Source: Barthelona sp. PCE (Eukaryota). Taken from it: a DNA stretch of 64,000 nucleotides. The notes below the pieces were generated by a model. It saw nothing but the letters and a program-made list of their open reading frames with translations, had not been told where the DNA came from and searched no databases. The stretch lies in assembly GCA_040285745.1 (NCBI GenBank), contig JAUFOR010000002.1, positions 620,001-684,000 of the forward strand. Reading direction: 5' to 3'. Each line of letters opens with the position of its first letter. The first letter of the stretch is position 1. The translations under genes and the position numbers were made by a program. Shown in pieces: positions 41,538 through 50,939 of this stretch.

Positions 41538-41598
41538 TTCAATATAGAATAACTCCAATAAACCGGTGTTTACTAACGTTTATGTGCAACTTTTTCGC

Positions 41599-42720
41599 TT
41601 AATCGAGGTAGAATTCAGCTCTTATTAATTGCTTATACTCTTTACCGAATACCTCCAAATAGTTTTCACTATTCTCCACCAGGAAGTTTAATTTCATATG
41701 GTATTTCTTCTCAAAAACTTTAAACTTGAGTTGTTCAAACAAAAGACAACTTTGAAACAAATTATCAAACTCAATATACAAAACAAAAATTTTCTCTTCA
41801 TTCTTAAAGAAATACTTGTAGTTATTCGGTTCCAATTTATGCAATTGGCACATCTTATTAATGCTATCAATAAATGCTTCCTCAGTGAAACCAGGAATGC
41901 CAAGTATTACTTCTATAACTAACACTTTGCTAGGGATATTAATATCGTGATCTGTTACTCTTTGACCTGCACGTGATTGGCTTAGTCTGTTAATATAAGA
42001 AGTATCACTTGCAGCAAAACAAGTTAGTTGATGGTCGCCTATTTTGAACCCTCTTAACAACGAAATAGCTTCAGTGAAGAGATCTTTATCAATGAATTCA
42101 AATAAACAATGCTGTGTTGGCTCATTAATGATTTGTAATGCTTTAATACTTCCAATACTACTCAGAAATTTCTCTAAATTATTCCTAGTGAGAAAACTCG
42201 GAAAACCGTGAACACAAAGGCAGTATGGGTTAGGTTGCACGCGTGCACTCACAAGAAGATCCATAGAAATCTCACCTAACATGTCTTTTGCTGGTTTGTA
42301 ATCTCTTGGACGATTGACTAAGAGCGGATAGTTGCGCAACACGGCGCCGTTGAGCTCCAGGCCCTTTGTTGCGCTGTCTACATCCCTGAACTCAATAAAA
42401 GCGTAACCATTATTGATTGTTACCGAAACAACTTTTGCTTTGTGGCCGCCACGTTTGTTTAACTCGCTCACAAAGAAGGATCCTAATTCTTGCTGGTGCG
42501 TATCTGGTGGAATTCTTCCGACATATAAACGACGAGATTGAATCAAACTCACGTTATTGTGTTGAAGTAAAATCTTCTGTATAACTTCTGGGTTTGATGC
42601 TACTACCTCAGCTACCGAGCGATTTTCAAATCCTGCAGGTGCTTGATCCCAACCAGTCTCATGATGCTCTTCCTTCTTCTTCCGGCCTCTTCTGTTCCAT
42701 CTTTTTGGCTTGTATACCAT
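41599..42720 (-). CDS. U2AF2: Splicing factor U2AF large subunit (U2AF65/U2AF2-like), divergent, no RS domain
   Basis: ULM-like GWDQAPAGFE, RRM1 SRRLYVGRIPP...GYAFIEF...NRPRDYKP, a second RRM, and a degenerate third (UHM-like) domain. First ATG at 42720. Confidence 0.78.
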   Translation of the reverse strand: MVYKPKRWNRRGRKKKEEHHETGWDQAPAGFENRSVAEVVASNPEVIQKILLQHNNVSLIQSRRLYVGRIPPDTHQQELGSFFVSELNKRGGHKAKVVSVTINNGYAFIEFRDVDSATKGLELNGAVLRNYPLLVNRPRDYKPAKDMLGEISMDLLVSARVQPNPYCLCVHGFPSFLTRNNLEKFLSSIGSIKALQIINEPTQHCLFEFIDKDLFTEAISLLRGFKIGDHQLTCFAASDTSYINRLSQSRAGQRVTDHDINIPSKVLVIEVILGIPGFTEEAFIDSINKMCQLHKLEPNNYKYFFKNEEKIFVLYIEFDNLFQSCLLFEQLKFKVFEKKYHMKLNFLVENSENYLEVFGKEYKQLIRAEFYLD

Positions 42721-43431
42721 ATATGAATGCCCTAAAATGAAGAGAAATACGGAAAAGTGTGAAAATGGAGTTTTTTGTAAAAACAACTTCTAACTCAAAA
42801 AAAAAGACTCGAAATTACAAATTATCATTGTATGCATTCACACCCAACCACAACATGTAAGAAAAAAAAAGTCAAACATATCTGACCACACCAATCTTAT
42901 TCAGGTACTCTACTTTCCCTACTATTGAAAATATTCGCCTCCAAAAGCTTATTATTTGAACAATTAATGTTGATTTCTGTTTATAATTGTTGATAAAATT
43001 CTTTTAAACCCAACTTCAGGCAAATACTCACAAATTTCCACATACTTACTTAACTTTATGGCTTAAATCATAATTTAATATCATAATAGGTCCCTTGAAT
43101 TATAAATTTCTATAAATACTCTTCTATTCTTCCAAAAAAAGAAAATATTCTGTCCAAATCAGTTTAATGGAACATATGATGTGCAACATTAGAATATACA
43201 GCATATATTAACCGTAAATGTGTGAAAATATTGTGTTACATTGTTTCAACAAGAACCGGCGTTTCACGCAATATTATAGATACTGTTAATGCTGACTTCA
43301 ACAGGTTTTCTCCATATAACAACCACCAAAATTGTGTATTTTGAGAAGTAAAATATAGAAACAGGATGAATATGGCGTTTCAACGAATATCACCCATTTC
43401 TGCATATTTTTCGAATTCATTAAGTTTCACA

Positions 43432-44116
43432 ATGGTATGTTTCGTACATAGTCCCGAGCGTAAGTACTTACAAGTAATAATTCACTGGTGGAGATACTTT
43501 CGCTTCAGAACAACCCACAAACTCTCACATTCAGTTCTATCTTGCATTAGGTGACGCTCACATTCCATACAGAGCTGCTAACATTCCCGAGGCACTCTGG
43601 AACCGTATTTCTAAGGGCAAATATTCACACATCTTCTTTACTGGTAATGCGTGCTCTCTAGACGTTGTTGCCGATCTCAAGAAGCTCTGTAACTCTGTTC
43701 TTGTTGCCAGAGGAGATTTTGACACAGAGAATTATAATGAAAGTATTGTGACATCCTTAACTGATGATCTCAAGGTTGGTGTAGTCCATGGACATCAGAT
43801 TATTCCATGGAATGATGAGGAAGCACTTGCTATGTACCAACGCCAGCTTAACTGTGATGTTATGATTCATGGTAGCACACATACCCCCAATCATTTTGTT
43901 AAGAACAAAAAACTGTTTTTAAACCCCGGATCATGCACAGGCGCCTTCCATACACAGAATCCCGAATCAAAACCATCATTTATGTTACTTGATGTTGTTT
44001 TTGATGTTGTACAATGGTACACTTACACATATGATGCTGAGTCTGATTCTGTTAATATCTCATGCCACTCCTGGACCAAGGGCACCGACGAAATCCGCAG
44101 CGAAGAACTTGAGTAG
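43432..44116 (+). CDS. VPS29: Retromer subunit VPS29 (194 aa after splicing)
   Basis: Spliced product M-FYLALGDAHIPYRA...FFTGN...RGDFD...VVHGHQIIPWND...HGSTH...NPGSCTGAF...PSFMLLDV. The track ORF 43748-44116 covers only the C-terminal part. An in-frame stop lies upstream of 43535, so an intron is required. Confidence 0.93.
43435..43534 (+). other. Spliceosomal intron (100 nt) immediately after the VPS29 ATG
   Basis: ATG|GTATGT ... CTCACATTCAG|TTC; phase 0 splicing restores the VPS29 N-terminus. Confidence 0.82.
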
Positions 44117-44383
44117 TCTTTTTTTTAATAGTGTCAGGTAGTAAACTCGTGTTTTTTACTTTTTGTGGTTTCAGTCAAGGAAAACTATCTAAAATTTTGA
44201 ATGAAGGTGTCACTATGATGGTAAAACTACCCTAAAAAACTTGCTTCAACATTTATCTTTCATTTCAAGATTTCTGAGCTTTTAATTTTATCTGCCCTGT
44301 CTTATTTTTCTTGTTGTCTTATTTTTTTCATTTAAAAAGCAATTTTTTCGTAGTGTAATAATTTTCTATTCTATTATATATTC

Positions 44384-44890
44384 ATGTTTAAAGTATGTAT
44401 CTTCGGCCTTGAGGGTGGCTTTGCTATGCATCGCATCGCAGGTGCACTATGTCATGAGAAAACATATAAGGGTGTTATATGGCCTGCTTTTCGAGATTAT
44501 AAAAGTAATTGTGGAACTGAGATTCGATTCTGGCAGGAATATTCCAGAAGAGATGGGTGCCATCGTATGTGCTCACGTATGTGGGAACAAGCAGACGTTT
44601 TAGTTGTTGCCATAAATTCAATTGATGAAGCTGAATTTTATATTGATGATCTGAGGTCAAGAGCTGCTATAACGTGTCCGCGAATCCTTCTTTCAACAAA
44701 TCCAGAAATACCTGTTACTAGTTTAAAAGAAGCAATTGTTTTTGATGCTAGTTTCGATGTTTTTCTGGACCTCAGTGAAAGGAACGCTGGCACAGAAGAC
44801 GAGTTTATTACATTTACTCCTGTTATGGAGTGTATTAAATCGTTTATTCCTGATAAATCTGAACCATTAGAAATTGAAGTTCATGAATAG
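44384..44890 (+). CDS. Highly divergent small-GTPase-like protein (possible pseudo-GTPase)
   Basis: Ras/Rho-like order of elements: MFKVCIFG (beta1/G1), IWPAF (switch I), IRFWQE (at the LWDTAG position), RMCSRMWEQADVLVVAINS, PRILL. Canonical GKS/T, DxxG and NKxD are absent. Confidence 0.45.
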   Translation: MFKVCIFGLEGGFAMHRIAGALCHEKTYKGVIWPAFRDYKSNCGTEIRFWQEYSRRDGCHRMCSRMWEQADVLVVAINSIDEAEFYIDDLRSRAAITCPRILLSTNPEIPVTSLKEAIVFDASFDVFLDLSERNAGTEDEFITFTPVMECIKSFIPDKSEPLEIEVHE

Positions 44891-45140
44891 TTTCTTTTTT
44901 TCTTTTTTTGATCATTAGCATGTGTAAATAGTCACATTATTAACTGTTAATAACTTTTATTCATCAAAATTCGGATACAAACAATGTAAAGAAAAGCAGG
45001 TGCACAAATACGTTAATTTTCCGTAATTCAGAACCATAATTGAAGTTAAATTATACTGTTCTACCAAATATTCGCTGATAAAAAACTCTATGATGTTTAC
45101 AAATATTTTTCCCATATCTAGTTCCTCTATTGCAAAAGAT

Positions 45141-47390
45141 ATGCAAGATCAGTTTTTCCAGATAGAGGAGGCCACGGGCGTCAGATTGGCGTATTCAGCT
45201 TTCCCAAATACTAAAGAGGTTGCAAATAAGCTGCCAATTCCATTGAGCGCATTGTTCACACCGTTGAAACATGTCCAGGGCCTGAAATGTCTCCAGAACG
45301 AGCCTAACCCGTGCTCATGTGGCGCAATGCCAAATCCTTACTGTGGACTTGTTGGGAATCAACAGTGGAGGTGCGTAATGTGCGGTCAGATGAACCCCAT
45401 CCCCCCACAGTTTGCCCAAAACTTCGAACCTTTCCGAAACGACGCTCTAACTATTGAATACGATTTGGGTGAAGCTCCTCTCAAACCGTTTTATTTCTAC
45501 ATTGTAGACACCACTCAGAGTGAGAAGAACCTCAAGGCACTCAAGGAGGTGCTGCTTGAAAGCATCCTTTACCTTCCTGATGATGCCCTTGTTGGTGTCA
45601 TGAGTTACAACGCAACGATTCAGTTATGGGACCTGGACAGCGGTGATATCTCCCGCAATTTCACATTCAATGCTGAGGATATCCCTTCTGTCGAAGAGCT
45701 TATTAACCAGCTACATCTCTCTGACATGCGATCGTATTCTAGATTCATGAAAAAGGCTGGTGAATGCGCGTTTGCTCTCCAAAATATATTCGATAACCTT
45801 CCCAAGGCATGTTGGACAGTTGCAGAACAGTCTTTCCCAAGAAGAGCAACAGGAGCTGCGCTGGCGACTGCGCAAGCTTTACTTGATGTTATTGCTGTTA
45901 AACAAGCGGGTCGTGTTATGCTCTTCACTAGCGGGCCCAACACATATGGAGACGGTGCTTTTGTTGCGCTTGAACAGTCAAAGACTGTTCGGTCCTTCTA
46001 TTCAATCAAGAACGATCAAAACATGGGCCCAACAAAACGGTCCACCAGGTTTTATTCACGTCTAGCTGAGAAGTTCTGTGACCAAGGCATCATTGTGGAT
46101 GTATGGTCCGGGTCTATTCGTCAATCTGGACTCTATGAAATGAGGAATATCATGAGCAAGACTGGAGGCTATTGTTATATGACTGAACACTTTTCGGATC
46201 CAGAGTTCAAGTCTTCGTTCCTTAAGACTTTTGCTGGAATTGGTGGTGTTGGATCACAGATGCTCTATGGTAAGCTTCCTGACTCTCCGCTTGAAGAAGT
46301 CGTATCAGTTCCTACTGCTTTCCAAACAACATTATCACTTCGTACTTCACCAGGTATCACAATATGCGGTGCCCTTGGCAACTGTTATTCGATGGGTGCA
46401 AAGACAGCCAACGTTTCCCACCGCGAAGTTGGTGAGGCAGGCACATGTATGTGGCAGTTATGTGGCTGCGATCCCAGGAATACGATCGCCTTCTTGTTTG
46501 ATGTGGAGAACGTTGAACGTGATGTGAGTGAGCATAAATATCTTCAGTTCACGTCGATGTATACTCATCCTACTGGTAAAATTGTCAAACGTGTCATCAC
46601 CTTAGCTGTTTTATATGCAGGACTCGACAAGGTAATTGAGCTATTCGACCAAGAAGCTGCTGCTGTGATTTTGGGTCGTCTAGTTGCTGAACGTAAGAGA
46701 CAAGATCCCTCAGAGGAGGTGATCCAAATGATAGATTCTCGGCTCGTCAAGCTCCTTCAGATGTCGTGCGTCTATCAGCCCAACGTCCCCGCGTCTATGA
46801 CTGTCCCCGCATCCATGGCTGTGTTTGCTCAGTTTATGTTTTACTTGCGAAAGAGTACATTGGTTACGAACTTCAACGAATCTCCGGATGAAGCTACTTT
46901 CAAGGCCCTGACGTACAACAGGAGCAGCGTAACTGACTCCTTGTCGATCTTCCAACCTTCTCTGACAAGATACAACATGCAAAGTATCGACTCCGTTTTG
47001 CTAGATGTCCGCAGTCTCACGGACGACTGTATGCTGTTGCTGGACACCTTCCACACCGTCCTCATCCATTACGGAGAGACATACAAGCAGTACAGGCAGC
47101 AAGACGTCCATCTCAGAGCTGATTGCTCTTGGTTTGCAGACCTGATCGAATCATCAACGTCTGAAGCCGAACGTATTCTCGCGGAGCGCTGGCCAACTCC
47201 CAGGATGATCTATACGTATCCTGGACATAGTCAAGAGCGATTCCTGAAGAGCCAGTTAAACACGAATGATAACTTGCCAACTGGTGGTAGTGAAGCCTTT
47301 TCTTCCACAAAGAGGATCGTGAAAACTCATGATGCATCGTTTGAGCAGTTTATGAGTCGTCTACGCGAGGCCGTAACCAAGTTGCAGTGA
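45141..47390 (+). CDS. SEC23: COPII coat subunit Sec23
   Basis: IEEATGVRLAYSAFP...LFTPLK, Zn finger CSC...NPYC...WRCVMC, vWA domain FYIVDT, RATGAAL, RVMLFTSGP, FDQEAAAV, NESPDE, LLLDTF, SQERFL. ATG 45141 is preferred over 45090. Confidence 0.95.
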   Translation: MQDQFFQIEEATGVRLAYSAFPNTKEVANKLPIPLSALFTPLKHVQGLKCLQNEPNPCSCGAMPNPYCGLVGNQQWRCVMCGQMNPIPPQFAQNFEPFRNDALTIEYDLGEAPLKPFYFYIVDTTQSEKNLKALKEVLLESILYLPDDALVGVMSYNATIQLWDLDSGDISRNFTFNAEDIPSVEELINQLHLSDMRSYSRFMKKAGECAFALQNIFDNLPKACWTVAEQSFPRRATGAALATAQALLDVIAVKQAGRVMLFTSGPNTYGDGAFVALEQSKTVRSFYSIKNDQNMGPTKRSTRFYSRLAEKFCDQGIIVDVWSGSIRQSGLYEMRNIMSKTGGYCYMTEHFSDPEFKSSFLKTFAGIGGVGSQMLYGKLPDSPLEEVVSVPTAFQTTLSLRTSPGITICGALGNCYSMGAKTANVSHREVGEAGTCMWQLCGCDPRNTIAFLFDVENVERDVSEHKYLQFTSMYTHPTGKIVKRVITLAVLYAGLDKVIELFDQEAAAVILGRLVAERKRQDPSEEVIQMIDSRLVKLLQMSCVYQPNVPASMTVPASMAVFAQFMFYLRKSTLVTNFNESPDEATFKALTYNRSSVTDSLSIFQPSLTRYNMQSIDSVLLDVRSLTDDCMLLLDTFHTVLIHYGETYKQYRQQDVHLRADCSWFADLIESSTSEAERILAERWPTPRMIYTYPGHSQERFLKSQLNTNDNLPTGGSEAFSSTKRIVKTHDASFEQFMSRLREAVTKLQ

Positions 47391-47583
47391 GTGTAAATAT
47401 AGTCACCTTTTTTTAATAATTTTTACACTAATTGTTTTGAAAACACATGCTCGAATTGTTCAAGGATAAACTTTCTGAAATGCCCTTGAAAAAAAAATGC
47501 GAACTTATTGGCGTAGTAAACAGTTTGCTTGCTCTTAATAACCCCTTATAAACACCCCCTGTAACATATAAAAATACCCCAAT

Positions 47584-47859
47584 ATGTCTGATATCCGCAA
47601 CTCAGTAGAAGAAGCCATAGACACAATAATTAAGGTGCTAGAAACTCCTTCTTATTCAGATCACAACTATGAGCGTGAAAAGAAACACAACATCAGCAAA
47701 GAAAAGAAGGAGCTTCGCAATAGATGCATCCAAAATCAGAACCCTAAGAACATGAAGAAAATTCAAAAACATCATCTCAAATACCGTCAAAATATCACTG
47801 TAAGACATTATGATTACTCTTCTCAGCCATTTCAGCGTTCTCAAAAGAGAAGCAGCTAA
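47584..47859 (+). CDS. Small basic hypothetical protein (91 aa)
   Basis: ATG-initiated ORF filling the gap between two genes; K/R-rich. No motif recognised. Confidence 0.4.
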   Translation: MSDIRNSVEEAIDTIIKVLETPSYSDHNYEREKKHNISKEKKELRNRCIQNQNPKNMKKIQKHHLKYRQNITVRHYDYSSQPFQRSQKRSS

Positions 47860-47945
47860 AATAAACAAAAAACAAACTTGTTACAGGTTAAAATACCCAT
47901 TACAGATTGTTTTTTAAATTTCTTTGACTGTAATAGAGCAATAGG

Positions 47946-49007
47946 ATGCCTGCAAAGAAGAAGAAGGGCAAAAAATCAAAAAAAAAGTCTCAGAAGAAGA
48001 TTGTCGTTAAACCGCGTTTCGGAAATCTGTCTATTGGGCAAAAAATGACACAAATGCGGATTCTCTACGCAAATAACTGTACAGAGCTGGGGGAAGAACC
48101 ATGCAAAGCCATCTTAAGTGTTTTTCGTGGTTTATTCAACTCTAAAAAGAAAGATGAGGAGCCAACGCTGCTGGAGCGCTTGCAGGTTGTGAACACGGAG
48201 CTCAGTGTAGTTCAAATTCACTCTTTACTCACAACACTCGTTGATTATCCATATCTAAAGTCCCTAATATTTGTTAATTGTAATCTCACAGATGACTGCT
48301 GCATCCCGCTGTCACACTACCTCAACAGCAACCTGGGTATTGAAACGTTAATACTAGACGGCAACCAGATAACAGCAGACGGTATAACACATGTATGTCG
48401 AGGTTTAGTCAACAACACATCTTTGAAGAACCTCTCGGTGTCACACAATCCGCTTGGTGACCGTGGATGTCTATTATTGACGAATATGTTGAAAGATAAT
48501 TTATCAATTGAAGAGATATCTTTGAGACACTGTCAAATCGATGTAACTGGCGGCGTAACGTTGTTCAGGACGCTCCTACCGCAGCCACTAACAAGGATAA
48601 AGCACATTGACATGAGTGGGAACCCTATCACAGATATTAGTTTAGTAGCAATAGGTGAAACAATACAGTTAAATAAGAGTGTAGAAGCAATAATTCTGAG
48701 TAATATCAGCCTGACTAATCAAGATACGTCAATAGAAATCTTTTTAAATGGTCTTACTCAGAATTCAACTTTGAAGCAGTTGGATTTAAGCCATAATCTA
48801 ATGACTGAAGAGCAAGGTATATTCTTTACAGAGCATATGAAGAACATTAAGAATATTGTTAAGTTGAGAATGCCTCATGTGATTGGGAAAACAGCACTGA
48901 AAAAATTGATTACAATCTTAGAAAAGAACATTAAGGCTGCTAAACCTTCAAAGAAGAAGAAGGGTAAAGGTAAAGGAACTAAGAAAAAGAAAAAACCAAA
49001 GAAATAA
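47946..49007 (+). CDS. RNI-like leucine-rich repeat protein with lysine-rich termini
   Basis: Repeats such as LILDGNQITADG, LSVSHNPLGDRG, ISLRHCQIDVTG, IDMSGNPITD, LDLSHNLM. Poly-K N- and C-termini. Confidence 0.85.
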   Translation: MPAKKKKGKKSKKKSQKKIVVKPRFGNLSIGQKMTQMRILYANNCTELGEEPCKAILSVFRGLFNSKKKDEEPTLLERLQVVNTELSVVQIHSLLTTLVDYPYLKSLIFVNCNLTDDCCIPLSHYLNSNLGIETLILDGNQITADGITHVCRGLVNNTSLKNLSVSHNPLGDRGCLLLTNMLKDNLSIEEISLRHCQIDVTGGVTLFRTLLPQPLTRIKHIDMSGNPITDISLVAIGETIQLNKSVEAIILSNISLTNQDTSIEIFLNGLTQNSTLKQLDLSHNLMTEEQGIFFTEHMKNIKNIVKLRMPHVIGKTALKKLITILEKNIKAAKPSKKKKGKGKGTKKKKKPKK

Positions 49008-49008
49008 A

Positions 49009-50016
49009 TTATTTTCGTTTCCTCGATTTAATAATTTCAATCTGCTTTCTAGTTGGCACAAATATGGTTGATGGAATGAAAAATTCACTTCTGAACTTGG
49101 TTTTCCTGATAATATCATCATTTATCGCCCGCTTAACAATATCCCACAGCGATCCTGTATACTTAAAAAATGAGGTAAATTCGTATTTTTCCTCCTTTTC
49201 AGCTTCTTTCTCTTGTATCTCCACCTTTTCCTTACTCTCTTCTGGCTCTGCACGTAAAACAAGCTTGCTTTTAACTGTTTCAGGCTGTTTCTGACCAGCA
49301 ACCAAATGTAAGACAGATTTCTTCGATTTTCTATCAATTTCCTCAACGTGTGTGATCTCTGTGAACGAAAACTCGCCTGGGTCCTTGATTATCTGGTTCG
49401 TTACCATCGGATGACACATTAAAACTAGCTCATCATCTCCGACTTTAATGGTATCAACCATACTGGCTGATGAATCAAAAAGTTGTCCATTCATGTATCG
49501 TTCTACCTTGCTGCGGCGTTCTGAAAGAGAAAATGCCGTGTACTGAGGTACAAGGAAGGATATTTCTGTCAATCCCTCTAAATGACATTCCAAATCTTCA
49601 GCTAGTTTCTCAAGGCCATAGTATTGGGCCTCCTCCCTGAATCCTGTAAGGAATTTATGAGTTCTTTCCACAAAAACCTCTTTGTTTCTTAAATAATTCA
49701 AAATATAGCGGAAATAGTGTGGATCCCTATCTATTACGACACGATCACCCTCGCCTATCTCAAGAAGTAAATCGTCAAAGTAAGAAGGTGATACATGAGT
49801 AAAAATTGATTTTTTTGTTGCAAAAACAACACCACCAACAACAAAATCAATAACATCACGCATGGGATCATCATTTGGTGGTGGTGGTGTAAAATTTATC
49901 CCTGTAGGTGCTAAAGCACTGTCAAACTTAATACTTTGTTCTGCCCAATCGCTTTTATATTCTGATGTTGTGCTTATCACATCCATATTGTCCAATGTTT
50001 CCAGTAAAGAATTCAT
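49009..50016 (-). CDS. BTB/POZ (KCTD/T1-type) domain protein
   Basis: IDFVVGGVVFATKKS...SYFDDLL...VVIDRDPHYFRYILNYLRN...FREEAQYYGL. First plausible ATG at 50016. Confidence 0.85.
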   Translation of the reverse strand: MNSLLETLDNMDVISTTSEYKSDWAEQSIKFDSALAPTGINFTPPPPNDDPMRDVIDFVVGGVVFATKKSIFTHVSPSYFDDLLLEIGEGDRVVIDRDPHYFRYILNYLRNKEVFVERTHKFLTGFREEAQYYGLEKLAEDLECHLEGLTEISFLVPQYTAFSLSERRSKVERYMNGQLFDSSASMVDTIKVGDDELVLMCHPMVTNQIIKDPGEFSFTEITHVEEIDRKSKKSVLHLVAGQKQPETVKSKLVLRAEPEESKEKVEIQEKEAEKEEKYEFTSFFKYTGSLWDIVKRAINDDIIRKTKFRSEFFIPSTIFVPTRKQIEIIKSRKRK

Positions 50017-50338
50017 TTTAGCCAATAAACCAACTACTAATAATGAAAGAAGTGAAAAATTACAAACCATCAACATTTGGTTGACTTTTGTGGGTGATTC
50101 TTATTTACACTTGCTCGTGGTAGTCATAGACTTAAAGGATTTGAAGGATTTCAAGCTTATTTTTGCGCAACGACTATCAATCCTATATATACATCATACT
50201 ACCAAAAATAAATCATAAGGTTTATTGTAAATTACTTTAAAAAGTAATGGGAGGAGGGTAATTGAAAGGGAAAAGGGTTAAAGGAAAAGGTAAACTAAAA
50301 GGGAATGTATATGCAGGATTTTGATGACGTGTGTGTTT

Positions 50339-50542
50339 CTAGAAAGCCATCACTGAGGGATAGTTTGTAAATTCTATGGGCTCTGATGGAATATCTTGAT
50401 CCAAGGAGGCCATATTATTGTAAAGCGAATGTAGACTATCGCTTGTGTAAAACAACTCCCCCGCATACCCTACACTTGTGGTATTGCATGTGGACGGAGG
50501 TATATCCGTTACCCTTGGCAAAATTGAGACAAAATAGCTCAT
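50339..50542 (-). CDS. Possible 67-aa microprotein
   Basis: ATG-initiated ORF, more GC-rich than its AT-rich flanks, in an otherwise unusually long spacer. Confidence 0.3.
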   Translation of the reverse strand: MSYFVSILPRVTDIPPSTCNTTSVGYAGELFYTSDSLHSLYNNMASLDQDIPSEPIEFTNYPSVMAF

Positions 50543-50939
50543 GTTAAAAGAAGTAAAATTTAAAACATTACAAATTCGGTTTCTAATTCTTCTAACATTA
50601 GTATTACCTATTGTTGGGATATTTATACTTCTTTACACCTCTAATTCCGACAAAAAGGATAATGCAAAAAAATATCAGGAATGATGTAATATTTCAGGTA
50701 AAAGACAGGAACTTAAACCAAATTCGGAATTATTATGCTTATTTTGTATCAATAACGATGTTTAAATTCACTAACAGATGCGTATCTCAACCAAAATCCG
50801 GTTCTATAGTATTTACACATTTTCTTCCAATAATTTATGGATATTTGACGAGATTACAAGTATTTCAGTTCTGAAACATGTGTAAAAAATCTTCAAAAAT
50901 AAGTTTTCAAAAAAAAATTGAGTTTTACACGTAAATAAC

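Noticed and set aside
42715-42720. ATG-GTA starts in U2AF65 (42720) and the giant gene (54460) as further start-codon introns
   Set aside because: Donors would be GTATAC and GTACCT rather than GTATG, the frames stay open, and no matching CTHACAYYYAG acceptor was seen nearby.
43435-43470. Alternative VPS29 model with a 17-nt micro-intron (GTATGT...CATAG) plus a second GTAAGT donor at 43460
   Set aside because: The resulting phases do not join in frame to the 43535 exon; the single 100-nt intron does.
43366-43554. 62-aa ORF upstream of VPS29
   Set aside because: It reads through the VPS29 ATG and intron; no independent evidence for it.
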